From Octopus vulgaris (Eukaryota), in NCBI GenBank assembly GCA_951406725.2, contig OX597821.1, positions 77,872,001-77,936,000 on the forward strand: 64,000 nucleotides of DNA, read 5' to 3'. Below the pieces are notes generated by a model. That model worked only from the letters and a program-made list of their open reading frames with translations. It ran no database searches and was not told where the DNA came from. Shown one piece after another: positions 13,392-25,560 of the stretch. Made by a program: the position numbers and the translations under genes. Positions within the stretch are counted from its first letter, which is position 1. Every line of letters starts with the position of its first letter.

Positions 13392-13597
13392 TTCTTTACT
13401 ACCCACAAGGGGCTAAACACAGAGGGGACAAACACGGACAGACAAATGGATTAAGTGCGTAACTGGTACTTAATTTGTCGACCCCGAAAGGATGAAAGGC
13501 AAAGTCGACCTGGGCGGAATTTGAACTCAGAACGTAACGGCAGACGAAATACGGCTACGCATTTCACCCGGCGTGCTAACGATTCTGCCAGCTCGCC
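13392..13597 (-). mobile_element. SINE family B (tRNA head, Meta-domain-like core, LINE-like tail)
   Basis: ggcgagctggcagaatcgttagc...ctgagttcaaattccgcc..gtcgactttgcctttcatcctttcggggtcga..agtaccag...gtcccctctgtgtttagccccttgtgggtagtaaagaa. The Meta-domain assignment is from memory of MetaSINE consensus. Confidence 0.85.
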
Positions 13598-14367
13598 CTA
13601 TAGTTTCCCTTATCCTACATACATACATACATGCGTGCATGCATGCATATATGTATGTGTATATGTATGTGTATATGTATGCATGGATGCATACATGCAT
13701 GGATGCATACATGCATATAGTGACATCGGCGACACATGTGTATGCTACATACATGCATATATACATGTGTGCCTACATACATACATATATACATGTGTGC
13801 ATGCATGTATGCATGTATGTATGTAAGCATAGATGCATGTATGAATGTATGTATACATACATATGTATTGTATATATATGTGTGTGTGTGTGTGTGTGCG
13901 AATATGTGTCTTTGTCGTTGTGTTTGTCATCCACACCACTTCATAACGGGTGTTGTTTTGTTTACATCACCATACATTAGCGGTTCGGTATAACAGACTG
14001 ATAGAATAAATATCAAATTTCGAAAAAACAAAAAAGCACGAATACTGGGAAACTTTTCGAGTAAAACCTTTGAAGGTAGTGCCCCAGCATGGTCACAGTC
14101 CAGTAATCATACTGTATTGGTCCTTAATCTAGCTCTTGGACAATATCCATGAGGTGGAATGACAGGTATGCATTCCTGAAAAACTCCTGATTTAGTCTGA
14201 AGAAGCATTATTTAGGTTTGTACGTTGGTGAAAAACTTCCAAAGTACAGAACCTTCGACTCTAAAGACAGGAAGGCCCCGAAAGATCTGATGTGATAGAT
14301 AAAGGTAAAAGTATTTGAATAATAACAGAAACCTTTCTAAACGGTTGATGTTGGAGGCTCAAATATG

Positions 14368-15025
14368 TTTCTTTATTGACCATACTGGGCTGAACACAGA
14401 GGGGACAAAATAGAGCTTTTCTTTTTGGGAAGAAAAAAAAAAGTGGGTCGAATTCCGATCAAAAATGATCGTGGAAAAAAATAGGGGGCCGATCAATAGG
14501 GCTCGTGTATCACAGAAATGTCATGATGTAAAAGGGAAACAGATTAGGTTTATCAGTGGAAAGAAAAGCCTACGGAAAAGACCACGGTAACCTTGGGCAA
14601 TAATGTCATGCAAAAAAAAAATACATTACAGTAAGTGACTCTTTTTTCCTTTCTTTTTTTTTGGTTCATAAGATTATGCTCAAGCTGGCTCCGTCATTCA
14701 CACGTGGCATCCTTGCTACGTTCACCCATCATTTTTTGAAACATTTACTAGACAAAACTTCTCTCTCTACTCTCACCTTCCTCTTCAAGTGAGTAACCCT
14801 CTATTTTAAATTTTTCCGGGTTCATAGGATTATGTTCAAGGTGGCTCCGTCATTCATACATGTCATCCTTGCTACATCCATCCATCTTTTTTTGAAATAT
14901 TCTCTAGACAAAATTTTCCTCTCTACTCTCACCTTCCTCTTCAAGTAATACTTGAAGAAGTTGATGAGAGATTTACCAGAGAGGAAAGTGTTTGTTTCTA
15001 GACCTTTCAGACGCGTCCACCATGT
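14368..15025 (-). mobile_element. 3' end of a non-LTR retrotransposon (L1/Tx1-like ORF2 C-terminus and 3' UTR) with an internal ~125-bp duplication
   Basis: WWTRLKGLETNTFLSGKSLINFFKYYLKRKVRVERKILSREYFKKRW; 14667-14790 repeats 14823-14946; ends in caataaagaaa. Confidence 0.6.
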
Positions 15026-15204
15026 GTACAATGTGTACAAATAATACGGAAAAAATAAATGAATAGATACCAGGGTAGTAAAAATTTCACGTAAGTACCA
15101 AGAATGTTATAGCCCACTTAAAACGTAGGGTTTAGTGAAATGTGTTTCTATTACAAATAAATAAAGAAATGAAGTTAAAGGCAGGTGTTATTCAAATCTT
15201 TATA

Positions 15205-15300
15205 CTTTTCTGACATATGTTTCGAAGAAAACATTGGTATTATTCTGGAGGGAATAAAATGATGTAAAACATTACGATTTTCTCATCAGCAAAGGAAAAG
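15205..15300 (-). ncRNA. Hammerhead-like motif with long helix II and damaged helix I
   Basis: CUGAUGA gaaaa...uuuucuuc GAAA CAUAUG UC agaaaag; palindromic helix III. Confidence 0.45.
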
Positions 15301-15327
15301 TCATTTTAACCGAATGTGATGACTGCG

Positions 15328-15359
<32 letters not shown>

Positions 15360-15421
15360 TGTATGTATGTATGTATGTATGTATGTATGTATGTATGTAT
15401 GTATGTATGTATGTATGTATG

Positions 15422-15480
<59 letters not shown>

Positions 15481-15526
15481 TTATCTATCTATCTGTGTGT
15501 ACGCACGCCGCTATATGTATATATAA

Positions 15527-15644
15527 ATATAAAAAATGGAACAAAAGCGCAGTAGAGGACAATAAAACATTCGGACAGATAGACGTATTTACTGTCCGAA
15601 TGTTTTATTGTCCCCTTTTGCGTTTTTGTTCCATTTTACATATA
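15527..15644. repeat. Hairpin with about 50-bp inverted arms
   Basis: aaaatggaacaaaagcgca..ggacaataaaacattcggacag / ctgtccgaatgttttattgtcc..tgcgtttttgttccatttt. Confidence 0.85.
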
Positions 15645-15645
15645 T

Positions 15646-15803
15646 CTGTTGTACCTGTATTTCATACGGCCAGCCTTGTCACACTCTGTGTCACGCCGAA
15701 TCTCTCCAAGAACTACATTAAAGGTACATGTGTCTGTGGAGTGCAGGCTGTTCCGTTGATTGGATCAACAGGAACTCACGTTGCCGTAGCCGACAGAGTG
15801 CCG
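15646..15803 (+). mobile_element. SINE family C, 3' fragment
   Basis: Matches 10581-10757. Confidence 0.8.
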
Positions 15804-15806
15804 TAG

Positions 15807-15878
<72 letters not shown>

Positions 15879-15889
15879 GTATGTATATA

Positions 15890-16522
15890 AAATGTACATC
15901 TAATATAGGATAAAATTTTTCGAAAAAAATTCTATTAATGGCCAGCATATTAAAAAATACCTTTAAAGGTTAAACTTATAAACAACTAATAAACAAGGGC
16001 AAAAGAAAAATTCTAATGCAAAATGTGCCGAAATTAGACAAATCGTCAATAACCATATAATTTATCACTATAAGAACGCGTCTCGAAGTAAGCCGACAGA
16101 AATTTCTAAAAAATTCCATTATTATCGTATCGGTCCCAATTTCAGAGTTAATTCATAAGAATTTCCTCCTTCATAAGAATTTTGCCCTTGTTTATAAGTT
16201 CTTTATAAGTTTAACCTTTAGAGGTATTTTTTAATATACTGGTCATTGATACAATTTTTTAAGAAAAATTTTATCCTATATTAGATGTAAATTTAACAGT
16301 GTTCACTTCCGGACTCTCTCACTCTATGAGAGGTGTGCAGGAGAATTTCTATTTTGGATATATTTGGGGTACTTAATTGTGCTCATGACTTAGTGTTTGC
16401 TTCTTTCAAGGGTATAAGTAAGTATTTCATTTATTTCTTACCGCATTTATCGCTGACGAGGAGAAAATTCTTATGAATTAACTCAGAAATTGGGACCGAT
16501 ACGATAATAACGGAATTTTTTT
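15890..16522. mobile_element. Rearranged pseudo-LTR-like element with two interleaved inverted repeats and a split hammerhead motif
   Basis: 15890-16003 inverted at 16181-16294; 16089-16168 inverted at 16459-16522; CTGACGA at 16453 and a mutated GAGAC-gcgt segment at 16076-16086 (minus). Confidence 0.6.
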
Positions 16523-16530
16523 ACAGTAAA

Positions 16531-17286
16531 CAGTCTGCTCAATACCACAGATTTGCTTGTCAGTTGTTTGACCTTAACCAGTTGAGCATGTCTCTTAGTG
16601 GCTGACTATAAGTGCATCACTGATCACGAGCAGAAGTAGTGGGGAGGCATCATAGTCATATGTTGAGAGGAATTCTTTAGGATTTGACTAATTCACCTTT
16701 GGAAACATTGGTGTTTCGTTTATCATCCTTAAACAAACCTTATTCAAGGACCTTTTGAGCAGGATGGGCTACTTAACCCCTTACCCGGCAGAAACGAATA
16801 TATGCGTTTTGACCGAAATCGCTTTTTTCTATCTCTGGCGAGTTAACTCGTCAAAAGATAGACTCTCCAAAATCGACAGCAAATGAGTTCCTTCGTCTAA
16901 AAACGGGTTAACTTGTTTCTGCCCAAAGCGGTAATTTAAAATCAATATTATTGAATTAAAATTCATAATAAATAAGGTTTGAAATATACCTCGAAATCAC
17001 CATTCAAAACATAGTAAAATAAAACAATTAAAAAATATGTCTGAAAAAATACATTTATTTTCAAAATAATTGTTGGGTAAGGGGTTAACCTGAAGAAAAT
17101 TCTAACTGGGTCTCCACCTGTGAATCATGCGCTGTTTACCTTGATATAAGATCACTTTGTAGCGCACATATGGTTGTGATATAAGTGCCTGGTGTACCCT
17201 TATCAGACGTAGTCATGATGGGTATATTGGGCTTCGTATATTTGTACCCTAGTGCCACTTTGATGGTATGCGCTGCTCTCTCACTC

Positions 17287-17287
<1 letters not shown>
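16531..17287 (+). mobile_element. Non-coding retro-repeat family F with (TAA)n tail, copy 1, interrupted by a piggyBac MITE
   Basis: Colinear with 19931-20372 over about 440 bp once 16777-17088 is removed. Confidence 0.8.
16777..17084. mobile_element. Non-autonomous piggyBac-type MITE
   Basis: TTAA TSD at 16773-16776 and 17085-17088; termini CCCCTTACCCGGCA / TGTTGGGTAAGGGG; absent from the paralogous repeat near 20170. Confidence 0.9.
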
Positions 17288-17348
<61 letters not shown>

Positions 17349-17368
17349 TAATAATAATGATAATAAAA

Positions 17369-19822
17369 ATAATAGGTTATTCAGAGTAGATCAGAAGAGA
17401 TTCTATAAAGAAATAAATGGATAGTGTACCGATAAAAAGTTGATACCAGATAACAATGAAAGTCAAAGGTTTTGGAGTGACATCTGGAGCAAAGACAAAG
17501 AGCAGAAGAAGGATGCTGAGTGGTTGCAAGAACTGAAACAAACAGTAGTCTGTCCAAACCAGGCAGAACTAGTCATTTCAGTTAGAGACGTGAAGGCAAA
17601 AACAGAGAAAAAAAATGGGTAACTGGAAGGCTCCGAGACTAGATGGAATTGAAAGCTACTGAATCAAAAGATTTGGTGAATGTCATGCACGAATAGATGC
17701 ACAACTCAACACCTTGTTAAATGCCGACCAAGTAACATCAGAGTGGTTGACATTGGGTAATACAGTGCTGTGCCGAAAAACATCGAAAAAGGCAATTCGG
17801 TAGAAAATTACCGGCCGATATCCTGTTTGCCACTTATGTGGAAATTATCGACTGGAATACTCGCAGAATCAATGTACGAACATCTGGAACATCTGCCACA
17901 TGAGCAGAAGGGTTGCAAGCGTAAGTTCAGAGGTACCAAGGATCAACTCCTGATAGAGAAAACTGTACTTAGAGACTGCAAGAGGGCGAAAAGTACCTTA
18001 GCCATGTCATGGATCGACGTAAGGTGTACGATATGATCCCACACTCTTGGATAATGGAATATATGAACCTATTTGGTATTGCATCGAAAGTTGAACGATC
18101 GCTTGAGAAAAGTATGGCGAATTCGCGGACAGACCTGACAGCGTACGAAAGAAGTTTAGGGACTGTAGAAATCAGGAGGGACATGTTCCAAAGGGACTGC
18201 CTGTCCCCACTGATCTTTGTACTGCGCTTGAAACCACTAACATTGATTCTGAGGAAAGCAAAAGCTGGGTATGTATTCAAAAGCTGCCAACAAAAAGTCA
18301 ACCATTTGTTATTCATGGATGACCTCAAACTTTATGGTAAAGATGAATTCCAAGTCAGTTCCCTCGTTGATACAGTGTATATTTTCAGTGCTAATATCAT
18401 AATGGAGTTCGGACTAAGAAAGTGTGGTGTGTTAGTCTGGGAGAGAGGCAAAATCAAATGTATGGACGGGATAACGATACCGTCGGTGGAGGTTATGAAG
18501 CAGATAGAAGATACAGGCTAAAAGTACTTGTGGATTTTGTAAATGGATAAATTGATGGAGAAAGAAATGAGAAAAAATTAAGGTGGAGTACTTGCACAGA
18601 CTGAGACTGATCCTTAAGTCGAAATTAAACTGACGGAATAAGATTGAAGCTGTCAACACCTGGGCGGTTTCACTCCTTAGATATGGAGCAGGGGTAATCG
18701 CATGGACAGCAGATGAAGTAAACAGCTTAGACAGAAAGTCAAGGAAGTTGCTAACTAGATATGGGACACTCCACCCAAAAAGTGACACAGTCAGACTGTA
18801 TGTACCAAGAAAAAGCGGGGGAAGAGAACTTATTGGATGCGAACACAGCATTAGAGCAGAAGAAAGCAACATAGCATGGTATGTAAAAGATCCCACAGAA
18901 CTGTCATTATTGGAAGTAGGAAGGTCAGGCTTGTGTAGGATGAAAGATTGCAAAGATAAAGCACTATATAAGAAATTGAAAACGAATGAAACTGAAAATA
19001 GGTGGGTAAAGAAAAGAATGCATAGACAATTCCATAGAGATGTTGAAGACAGACAGAAAAAAAGATGGCTCTGGATGACTAAACACGATTTAAAACTGGA
19101 ACGGAGGCTCTAAACTGTGCTTCTCAAGATCAAGCATTAAGAACCAATTACATCAAATACAGAATAGACAACACATCAGAAAGTGATAAGCGCAGAAATT
19201 TTGGACAAAATGGTGAAACCGTATGGCATATTAACAGTCAATGAACGCCACTAGCCCAGAAGGAATATAAGAGACGTCATGACAATATAGCATTGGACAC
19301 TTTGCAACAAGTATGGACTTGACAGAGCAAAAATTGGTACGAACATAAACCCGAAGGCATCATCGAAAATGATAATACAAAGATCCTATGGGATTTTATG
19401 ATTCAGTGCGACCATGAGATAGAGAATACCAAACGAGACATAGTGTTAGTTGAGAAGGAAACGATGCTGGATCATAGATATAGCATGCCCAGCTGACAAC
19501 AAAGTATGCGATAAGGAAGAAAGGGAAGTCGAGAGATTTGACAGGTTAGCTTGGGAAGTTAAGCAGTTGTGGTCGATGAAAATGTTGGTAGTAGTACCAA
19601 TAATTGTCGGAGCCCTGGGGACAGTGAGTAAAATTCATGAGAAGTACATGGAACAAATAGGGGCTGCTATAAGGGTGGAGCACTTGCAGAAAGCAGCACA
19701 GCTTGGAACCGCTCGAATACTCCGGATGGTGCTCGAAAAATAAGGGGAGCTACCTTAGTTCACTGGTAGTGAACAGCTGACACCGTAGTACATCTCCAGT
19801 GTTAGAATCTGTGCAAAGTCAA
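17369..19822 (+). mobile_element. 5'-truncated R4/Dong-like non-LTR retrotransposon (RT, CCHC knuckle, restriction-like endonuclease), pseudogenised
   Basis: NRLFRVDQKRFY; FWSDIWS; [13 protein letters not shown]; [14 protein letters not shown]; YDMIPHSWI; FQRDCLSPLIF; HLLFMDDLKLYG; degraded CCHC (GQNGETVWHI); RRHDN; KILWDFMIQCD; CWIIDIACPAD; ORF ends 19743. Flanked by (AAT)n on both sides. Confidence 0.92.
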
Positions 19823-19879
19823 TAAAATAATGATGATGATAATAATAATAACAACAGCAACAGCAACAACAACTGACTG

Positions 19880-20372
19880 GAACATGTACATGTTTTTGTC
19901 TTGATATAAAAGATGGGATATAGCAAATATTCTGCTCAATACCGCAGATTTGCTTGTCACTTGTTTGACCTTAACTAGTTGAGCATGTCCCTGGTAGCTG
20001 ATGATATGTAAATCTCTGATCACAAGCAGAAATAGTTGGAGAGTATCATAGTCATGTATTGAGAGGGATTCTTTGGAGTTTGAATAATTCAACTCTGGAA
20101 CCATGGGTGTTCCATCCAACACCCTTAAACCACTTTTATTCAGGGACCTTTTGAGCGGTATGGGCTACTCGGCCTTAAGAAAATTCTAAATGGGATCCAC
20201 TTGCAAGGTCATTTGCTGTTTATCTTGATATGAGATCACTATGTTACGCACATATGGTTGTGATGCATATGCCTGGTCTACCCTTATCAGACGGGTAGCC
20301 ATGATGGGTGTACTAGGCTTCGTATATTTTATCGCAGTGTCACTTTGATGGCATGTGCTACTCTCTCACCCA
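19880..20372 (+). mobile_element. Retro-repeat family F, copy 2, with (TAA)n tail
   Basis: Colinear with 16531-17287. Confidence 0.8.
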
Positions 20373-20542
20373 ATGACAATAATAATAATAATAATAATAA
20401 TGATAATAATAATAGAACTGGTAGTTGTAGTGGTAGTGGTTGTGGTAGTAGTGGTAGTGGTAGTAGCATTATTATTATTATTCAGTAGTTTATTATTATT
20501 ATTATTATTATTATCATTATTATTATTATTAGTAGTAGTAGT

Positions 20543-20577
<35 letters not shown>

Positions 20578-21774
20578 TAGTAGTAGCAGCAGCAGCAGTA
20601 GTAGTAGTAGTAGCAGCAGTAGCAGCAGTAGTGGTAGTAGACGTAGTTGTTTATTTCTACTTTTAACAAAGGGCCATCTGCTTATTAATTTCATCGACCC
20701 CAGCATTTTCTCGAGCACTCAACCAAATCTGATAACTGCTGCTTTATGTCATTTTTTATTCCTTATCGGTACAAGGTCACATATTTTTTCAGAGAGTCGG
20801 ATTATTAATTGAATGGCATGACCTCAGTACCTGAGTGAGGTACATATCAATCATTGCTGGAGATATGAATGAAAGAGAAAGTGTACTCTGACACCATTTT
20901 CACTAAGAATACAAAAAGGTATATCACATTCAGTCCGATTTAGTACTGTTCCTAATTTTCCACCACCGTGACAATAATAACGATAATAATAATAACGATA
21001 ATAATAATAACCAAAAAGAAAATGTACGTAGTAACTTGTAAAATGAAAATGTGCATAACTTGTATAAAGAAAATACATGGGTGATAATAGGAATGCTAGG
21101 CATAGAAAATATTTTGAAAAACAAAGACGTAAAACACATGCCAAGGTCTATAACTCGACATGTCAAAAAAGAACAAAAGCACTGCTACACGCAGCTTACG
21201 TCCTACGCAATATGTATTCAATTCAATAGCAACTCTTTCTGCACATTTCACACAAGGCATTCTCTACGCAGCTATCACTCAATAAATAACTTGTAAAATA
21301 TATACATTTCACAATCACCACTTATAAATAAAAGTAGAGAGTGCTGATCAAAAACCTAAATACACTGCTAAAATAAAGTTTTATAATGTAATTGATAAAG
21401 TAGATAAGTATCAATGTTAAACTCCTTTCTAAATGGTATAACACTCCTTTTTCCCTTCTATGCAGCAGTAATGCCGTTATGTATACATTCGATCAAGATT
21501 TTGCAATAAACTGGTCTTAACTATTTTACCCAAATTTGCAGTATCCTCTTCTTTAAATTCGTTCTTCTAGCAGTTGGAAAACACGACTTTCAAGTCTTAC
21601 TCTTTCCACTTCGAATGGTTACCGCCAGAGGGACGAAGGAAGGATGAGTGAGACGTCTTAATGCCCGATGTACAGGGCAACTGTACTGGGGTCTAAGTCT
21701 AAGACTAAAACTCCTTTAAAGGTTTTTCCATCACGCTTAGTATTTGTTATTTTAGGACATCTTGCCACAAAGTG

Positions 21775-21966
21775 CGACCTAGTGGCTTCGATTCACGGAC
21801 TGGGCGGTGCGCTGTGCTCATGAACAAAACACTTAATTTATCCAGTTGCAGGTGAGTAACTCCAGGACAGACAGACGCCTTGTCCAAGGGGAAAGTTGTG
21901 ATCTCGGTCACTTACACAGCATGGAAACAGGGTAACCGACCCCTATGAGTAGTGGGACTCGAGACA
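21775..21966 (+). mobile_element. Degenerate V-domain-like SINE family E
   Basis: ttcgattc B box, gaacaaaacactt, gacagacgccttgtccaagggg, ggaaacaggg, actcgaga; aligns with 24795-25057. Confidence 0.6.
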
Positions 21967-22226
21967 ATAATGCTCAGAAGCTACGTTGTCAATGAATTCA
22001 AGTCTACCTGCAATCGACGTCTCATTGTTTTGGTGGCGCGTTCTACTATTGTTGGCCACTGTTCTTCCATGGAACTATAAGATGTAAATGGATATACTAC
22101 GCAGAGACGATGAATCATAAGGTTAGTTTGAAACGCTGTGATCGAGATTCTAATCTGCCGAATTCTATAATTTGTTGAAAAGTCACCAATCAATCAATCA
22201 GTCAATCAATCACCATATATATACTG

Positions 22227-22660
22227 AAGCCGTCAGTAAAAAAATGCGGAAGACCCTGCTGTGGGATATGCGTCAATTTAATTGAGGGATCAGAGTTCTC
22301 CTTCAAACAGGGACAACGTTTCACAGTGAAAAGTAGCTTCACATGAGCTTCGGGGAACCTGATATATGCACTAACCTGCTTTGAGTGTCAAGAGCAATAC
22401 ATAGACCAAACAAAAACAGTCTACGTGAAAGGATGGCTCTGCATAGATCCCAGATCCCAGATCAACATTCCCCAAAACAGAAAAATAGCATTTAACCAAC
22501 ACATCGATATTTGCGCCAATAACAAAAATCTAAGTTTCAGAATTTTTCTCCTCTACCAATTCAGGGACGATACAACCTGCAGCTAACGAATTAGTAAAGA
22601 AACTCTCTTTATTACAAAATACAAACCCCTTTTGAACGCACAAACGACTTATCCACTACG
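22227..22660 (+). pseudogene. Penelope-like element GIY-YIG endonuclease relic
   Basis: Manual translation: KPSVKKCGRPCCGICVNLIEGSEFSFKQGQRFTVKSSFT*ASGNLIYALTCFECQEQYIDQT / SLRERMALHRSQI...HIDICA...RISKETLFITKYKPLLN. Cys-rich linker plus IY..YI(G)QT, catalytic R, E and terminal N. Confidence 0.85.
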
Positions 22661-24046
22661 GCCTTCGAATAACTCAAACACGCGCAAATTTTACAAATGA
22701 TACATTCAAGAGACATCCAAGAATTCATTAAAAACAGTCTCAATCACTGCTATAATACACAACGATCCACATTTAGGTCACTTGACCATTTTACATCCTA
22801 CTACTATCATACCATCCCGCATTCCCTTATCATTATCTCTTCTTCTCTTTCTCCTTCTTCTTCTTCGTCTTCTTCCTCTCCGCCACCCTCCTTCTTTACT
22901 TTACTACTAGTGCAATATTATAAACAATACAGTCAAAAGAGATGTCTCAAGAATTCAATCACTACTACCATCCACAGAAAGTCACTTTCAGAGCACTTGA
23001 CCATTTATCATCCTACTACTATCATAGCAAACCCCGCATTATTCTCCTCCTCCTCCGTCTTCTTCTTCTTCTTCTTCTTCTTCTTCTTCTTCTTCTTCTT
23101 CTTCTTCTTCTTCTTCTTCTTCTTCTTCTTCTTCTTCTTCTTCTTCTTCTTCTTCTTCTTCTTCTATACGAGAATTTATCATTAATCACGACAATTGTTT
23201 CTACACATCTAGCACCGATCCTTCACGGGCGGGGCACTCAATAACTGGTTCCTTTACTTGTTTCAGTTATTAGACTGCGGCCATGCTGGGGTACTGCTTT
23301 GAAGAATTTTAGCCGAACGAATCAACCCTAGTACTCATACTTTTTTTAAAGCATGATACTTACTCTATCAGTCACATTTGTCGAACCGCTAAGCTACGGT
23401 GACCTAAACACACCATTACTGATTATCAAGCGGTGGTGGAGGACAAAGACAGACATAACACAGCTTGTACATGCAATATTACTATTTTCTCTTTTATTAC
23501 TACCAGCACCGCCCACTCAACAATTACTACCCCCATCACACAACCACACCACTACCATTGCTACCGCCACTACTGCCATCGCCCGACCACTGTCGTCATT
23601 CACTCCCACCATCACCACCACAACTACCACCAGCATTACCACTACTCCCCACCACCATAACAGCGGGAATCCCATTCTGAAGTAAACATAAAAATACGCT
23701 GAATGGTTCTTTTGTTCAATAACATGTGGCGTTCTTACCTTATTTATTCGCTGACGTATTCACTGTTTCATTCATAGATTTCATTTCCATTCATTCATAA
23801 CATTCCATTCTGTTTCACACAAACAACCAGCCAACCAACCAACCAACCGACCGACCGACCAAACATCGGAGCAGCAAACTCTCAAACTTTAAAAAAAATT
23901 CCAGGTATGCCTATGTGGTTAAGAAGCTTGGGCATGTGACTTCTACAACCACAGGCCAATCAATGCCTTGGGAACGAATTTGATTGACGGAAACCGTACA
24001 GAAGCCTGTCGTTTGTATGTGCTTATGTGTGTGTGTTTATATGTGC

Positions 24047-24152
<106 letters not shown>

Positions 24153-24206
24153 TTATATATGTATATATATATATAAATAGGTGAATGAATTATCCTATGT
24201 TTATAG

Positions 24207-24310
<104 letters not shown>

Positions 24311-24794
24311 GTATTTATATTGTGTATATATATATATATATGTATATATATATGTATGTATGTATGGATATATATATATATATATATATGTATATATCTG
24401 CATATGTGTGTGTCATCGTGTCCATGTTTGTCCTCGCTACGGCAGGAAAGGAAATACTGGAGGTTGTAAATGAGTGCGCGCCAGGGAAGGAGTTTAGACC
24501 GAAGAAAGGTTATGAGAGGAGGTGAGACGTGTGGGGAGGGACGACGTGAATCTGGCTGCACCCAAGAACAGAAACCATTATACGTAGCAGGGGTAGGAAA
24601 AGTAGAGGAAGAAACAGCGCGCAAATAGATCAGGGGCTGGCGAGTGCCCGCGAGTGACTTTATGTCAGTCAGTCGTATTTTCTTTCTCTGGATGCGGTCA
24701 GGGATGCTTGTATGTACATTCGTAGCATCATCACAGGTGTGAGATTAATACTTCATAGGATCTCATCGGAGCTTTGAAGAGTATCAATAATTGT

Positions 24795-25057
24795 TAAAAA
24801 AGGCAAAGTTACCTTCTCGAGTCATGTCGACTCATAAGAGCCGGTTTCCTGGTTTCAGTGGCATATAAATTCCCCTCCTGGACGGGACGCCGGTCTTTCG
24901 CAAGATTATTAATTTTTGCCAGCTGAGAGGTTTGGAGCAACGTGAAATGAAGTGTTTTGCTCAAGAACACAATCGCATTGCCCGGCCCAGGAATCGAAAC
25001 CACAATCTTAAGATCTTGTGTCCAACACCCTAATCACTAAGCCACGCGCCTGCAAAC
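24795..25057 (-). mobile_element. Full-length tRNA-derived V-domain-like SINE family E with 10-bp TSD
   Basis: ggcgcgtggcttagtg A box, ggtttcgattcc B box, gaccggcgtcccgtccaggagg, tatgccactgaaaccagg; TSD caataattgt at 24785-24794 and 25058-25067. Confidence 0.85.
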
Positions 25058-25068
25058 CAATAATTGTC

Positions 25069-25260
25069 GGAGCTGGCAGAATCGTAATTATGTCAGACAA
25101 AATGCTGAACGGCATTTGTTCCAGCCCTTTACCTTCTGATTTCAAATACCAGTAAGGTCAACTTTGCCTTTCGTTGTTTCAGGATCAATAAAAATAATGG
25201 ACCAATCAGCTACTGGCGTTGAAGTAATCGACTAGCCCCCTCCTGTAAAAATTTCTGGTC
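25069..25260 (+). mobile_element. SINE family B, diverged
   Basis: gagctggcagaatcgt...ggtcaactttgcctttc...ccccctcc..aaaatttctgg. Confidence 0.7.
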
Positions 25261-25394
25261 TGGAATCCTGCAACGGACAGGCTTTCCGTCCACAAGGAAT
25301 GTTGTGGTTGCTTTTAAGCCATATAAACCGGGTATCTGGCCTTATAAGTCCTAGAACTCAACAAGAATGTATCTTTTGGTTTTGAAGAGAAGGG

Positions 25395-25560
25395 CCGCTG
25401 GGATTCGATCCTAGGAAGTGCTTTCGCCATGAGAGATCGTCAGTGATAGTGAGGCCCAACTATTGAAGTGATTGTGAAGGCTTCTAGTTGTGTACTACTC
25501 AGGAATAAGGGGCGAGGGCAGTGAAGTTTTCTTGATATGAGTAACATTATTGTTTCTGTC
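25395..25560 (-). mobile_element. LINE RT-region fragment (CR1/Jockey-group-like)
   Basis: TETIMLLISRK..PLFLSSTQLE / LGLTITDDLSWRKH. Confidence 0.55.

Noticed and set aside
14195-14240. CTGAAGAAGC...GAAA motif
   Set aside because: No helix II or III pairing.
16531-20372. LTR retrotransposon (direct repeats flanking an RT)
   Set aside because: The RT is non-LTR type with a restriction-like endonuclease; the repeats lack TG..CA ends, PBS and PPT and end in (TAA)n.
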